Origin: Eledone cirrhosa | Taxonomy: Eukaryota | Direction of reading: 5' to 3' | Assembly (NCBI GenBank): GCA_964016885.1 | Contig: OZ024740.1 | Span: 271,870,001 to 271,934,000 of the forward strand | DNA length: 64,000 bases | Shown: piece after piece, positions 62,576-64,000 of the stretch | Position numbering within the stretch: the first letter of the stretch is position 1 | How the letters are laid out: every line of letters begins with the position of its first letter | Position numbers and translations under genes: made by a program | Notes under the pieces: generated by a model | What the model was told of the DNA's origin: nothing | Database searches by the model: none | What the model saw: the letters and a program-made list of their open reading frames with translations, nothing else

Positions 62576-64000
62576 TACTCCTGATTTTGATTGTTTTCAG
62601 TGAAACCTGTAAGAAATGTTAAGAAATACAGAAAAATAAAGAAAACAAAGAAAGGAGTAGGTGCTAAAGTAATGAAAACCTTGAAGAATATATATCTGTA
62701 AAGGATATATATATTTGTTTTTGAGGGCCAGTATTTTCATTACATGAAATCCCTAAATTAACTAATACAGACACACATGTACACACACACATACACATAT
62801 GTATATATATATATATATTTATTTATTATAATTAATTAGGGCAGTGGAGTTAGCACTGACAGAAAAGAGCTTGACTTCCCATTTCCGAGCTCCAAATCCT
62901 GTCTGGTTAATTTTGCCCTTCCTCCCTCAAGTGGATCGATAAATATGGAGTACAAGTATTAATATTGACTGAGAGTTATTTCAAGCAACAGTACCATCTT
63001 GCTTTACAAAATTGCCCTGGCCTTGTGCCTGTGCTTAATCAATTCAATTAGGATCATTGTTGTTATTACATTTTTTTTTTTAACATAAAAAATAATCATG
63101 TGCTTTTCAGAATTTCTTTGGAATTTTGAGAAATATGTTAACTCCAGATTGTTGTTGCACTCCATCTCTGCTTTGATAAAGTGGCAACTATACACAGCAG
63201 ATTTTAAATTTACTGTACTATATACATCTCTTAAACATACAAGAACATTCATGCGTACACAAATATCAAAAACTTTCTAAAACTGTTGTTGACACAAATC
63301 TTGCCAGCTGCCTTAAGTTGTACAAAGAACTAACAAAAAAGACAGTAAAACAGCAACAAAAAATGATATGGACTATGATTAATACAGATTAATTGTTTCA
63401 GTAAAAATTAAGAAGAAAACAATATTTGTTGGAAATATATATATTTGTTGTTGTTATTGATTAACCCAAGCTAGGTCAGCACTGATTTAGCTGACCTCTC
63501 ATCAAAGGTATTCTAGCTTTGACTTTCCTGTCATTTATGTTTCTACAACTAAATTATTGAATGGCTTTTCTTTTTTTAGGATTGTAGTGTGTGATATTTA
63601 GGGGAGATTTAACTGGTATTTCAAACAACCCAAGTGACTATATAGAGGCTTTCTAGTTGGATTGTGTGTGTATTTGGTGATTCAGTAGAATTGTGGTTTA
63701 CTGAGGAAGGTACCAATATTAGCACTCTATACTATAGCAGAATGTATACATTAAGAAGAACAAAACGAGGTTTCACATGTAAAACCTTGTGAAGCGTACA
63801 TACAGTATGCCCCCCCCCATGAGGACAGGCCAAAGTAAATACATCCAGTGAAGCCCCCTGCCCACACTGTAAATTGATCGTGATGATGACATGGCCAGAA
63901 GTGCCCAGCCCACACTGTAAAGTGGTCGTGTAGGTGTCACAACAAAAAGCACCCAGCCCACACTGTAAAGTGGTTGTGTAGGTGCCTTGACAAAAAGCAC

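Overview
Eukaryotic, AT-rich, repeat-dense genomic DNA. The SINE/RTE repertoire suggests a coleoid cephalopod, probably Octopus (inference). The window holds the last 20 coding exons of one + strand multi-C2H2 zinc-finger gene resembling ZNF236. All introns are GT-AG and phase-consistent: 4,777 nt of exon, about 1,590 aa, 24 fingers, stop at 62454-62456; the 5' end lies upstream of the window. The introns are filled with RTE-clade LINEs, tRNA-derived SINEs, piggyBac/mariner/pogo/hAT-type MITEs, a Helitron-like insert, hairpins and satellites. The most notable object is an intact antisense RTE LINE (about 25520-31704). Its 1039-aa ORF carries a PHD finger inserted inside the reverse transcriptase. 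A 2.5-kb hierarchical 98-bp/606-bp tandem array appears to form its 5' UTR, and its 3' end is shared with local SINEs, one subfamily of which has swapped its tip to a second RTE family. Other highlights are the mirror-symmetric (A-B-C-C'-B'-A') finger-cluster order of the host protein, a 16-bp variable-unit satellite abutting a 75-nt exon, and MITEs and hairpins close to exons. All family assignments are by eye and from memory; no database search was run, and repeat boundaries are approximate.
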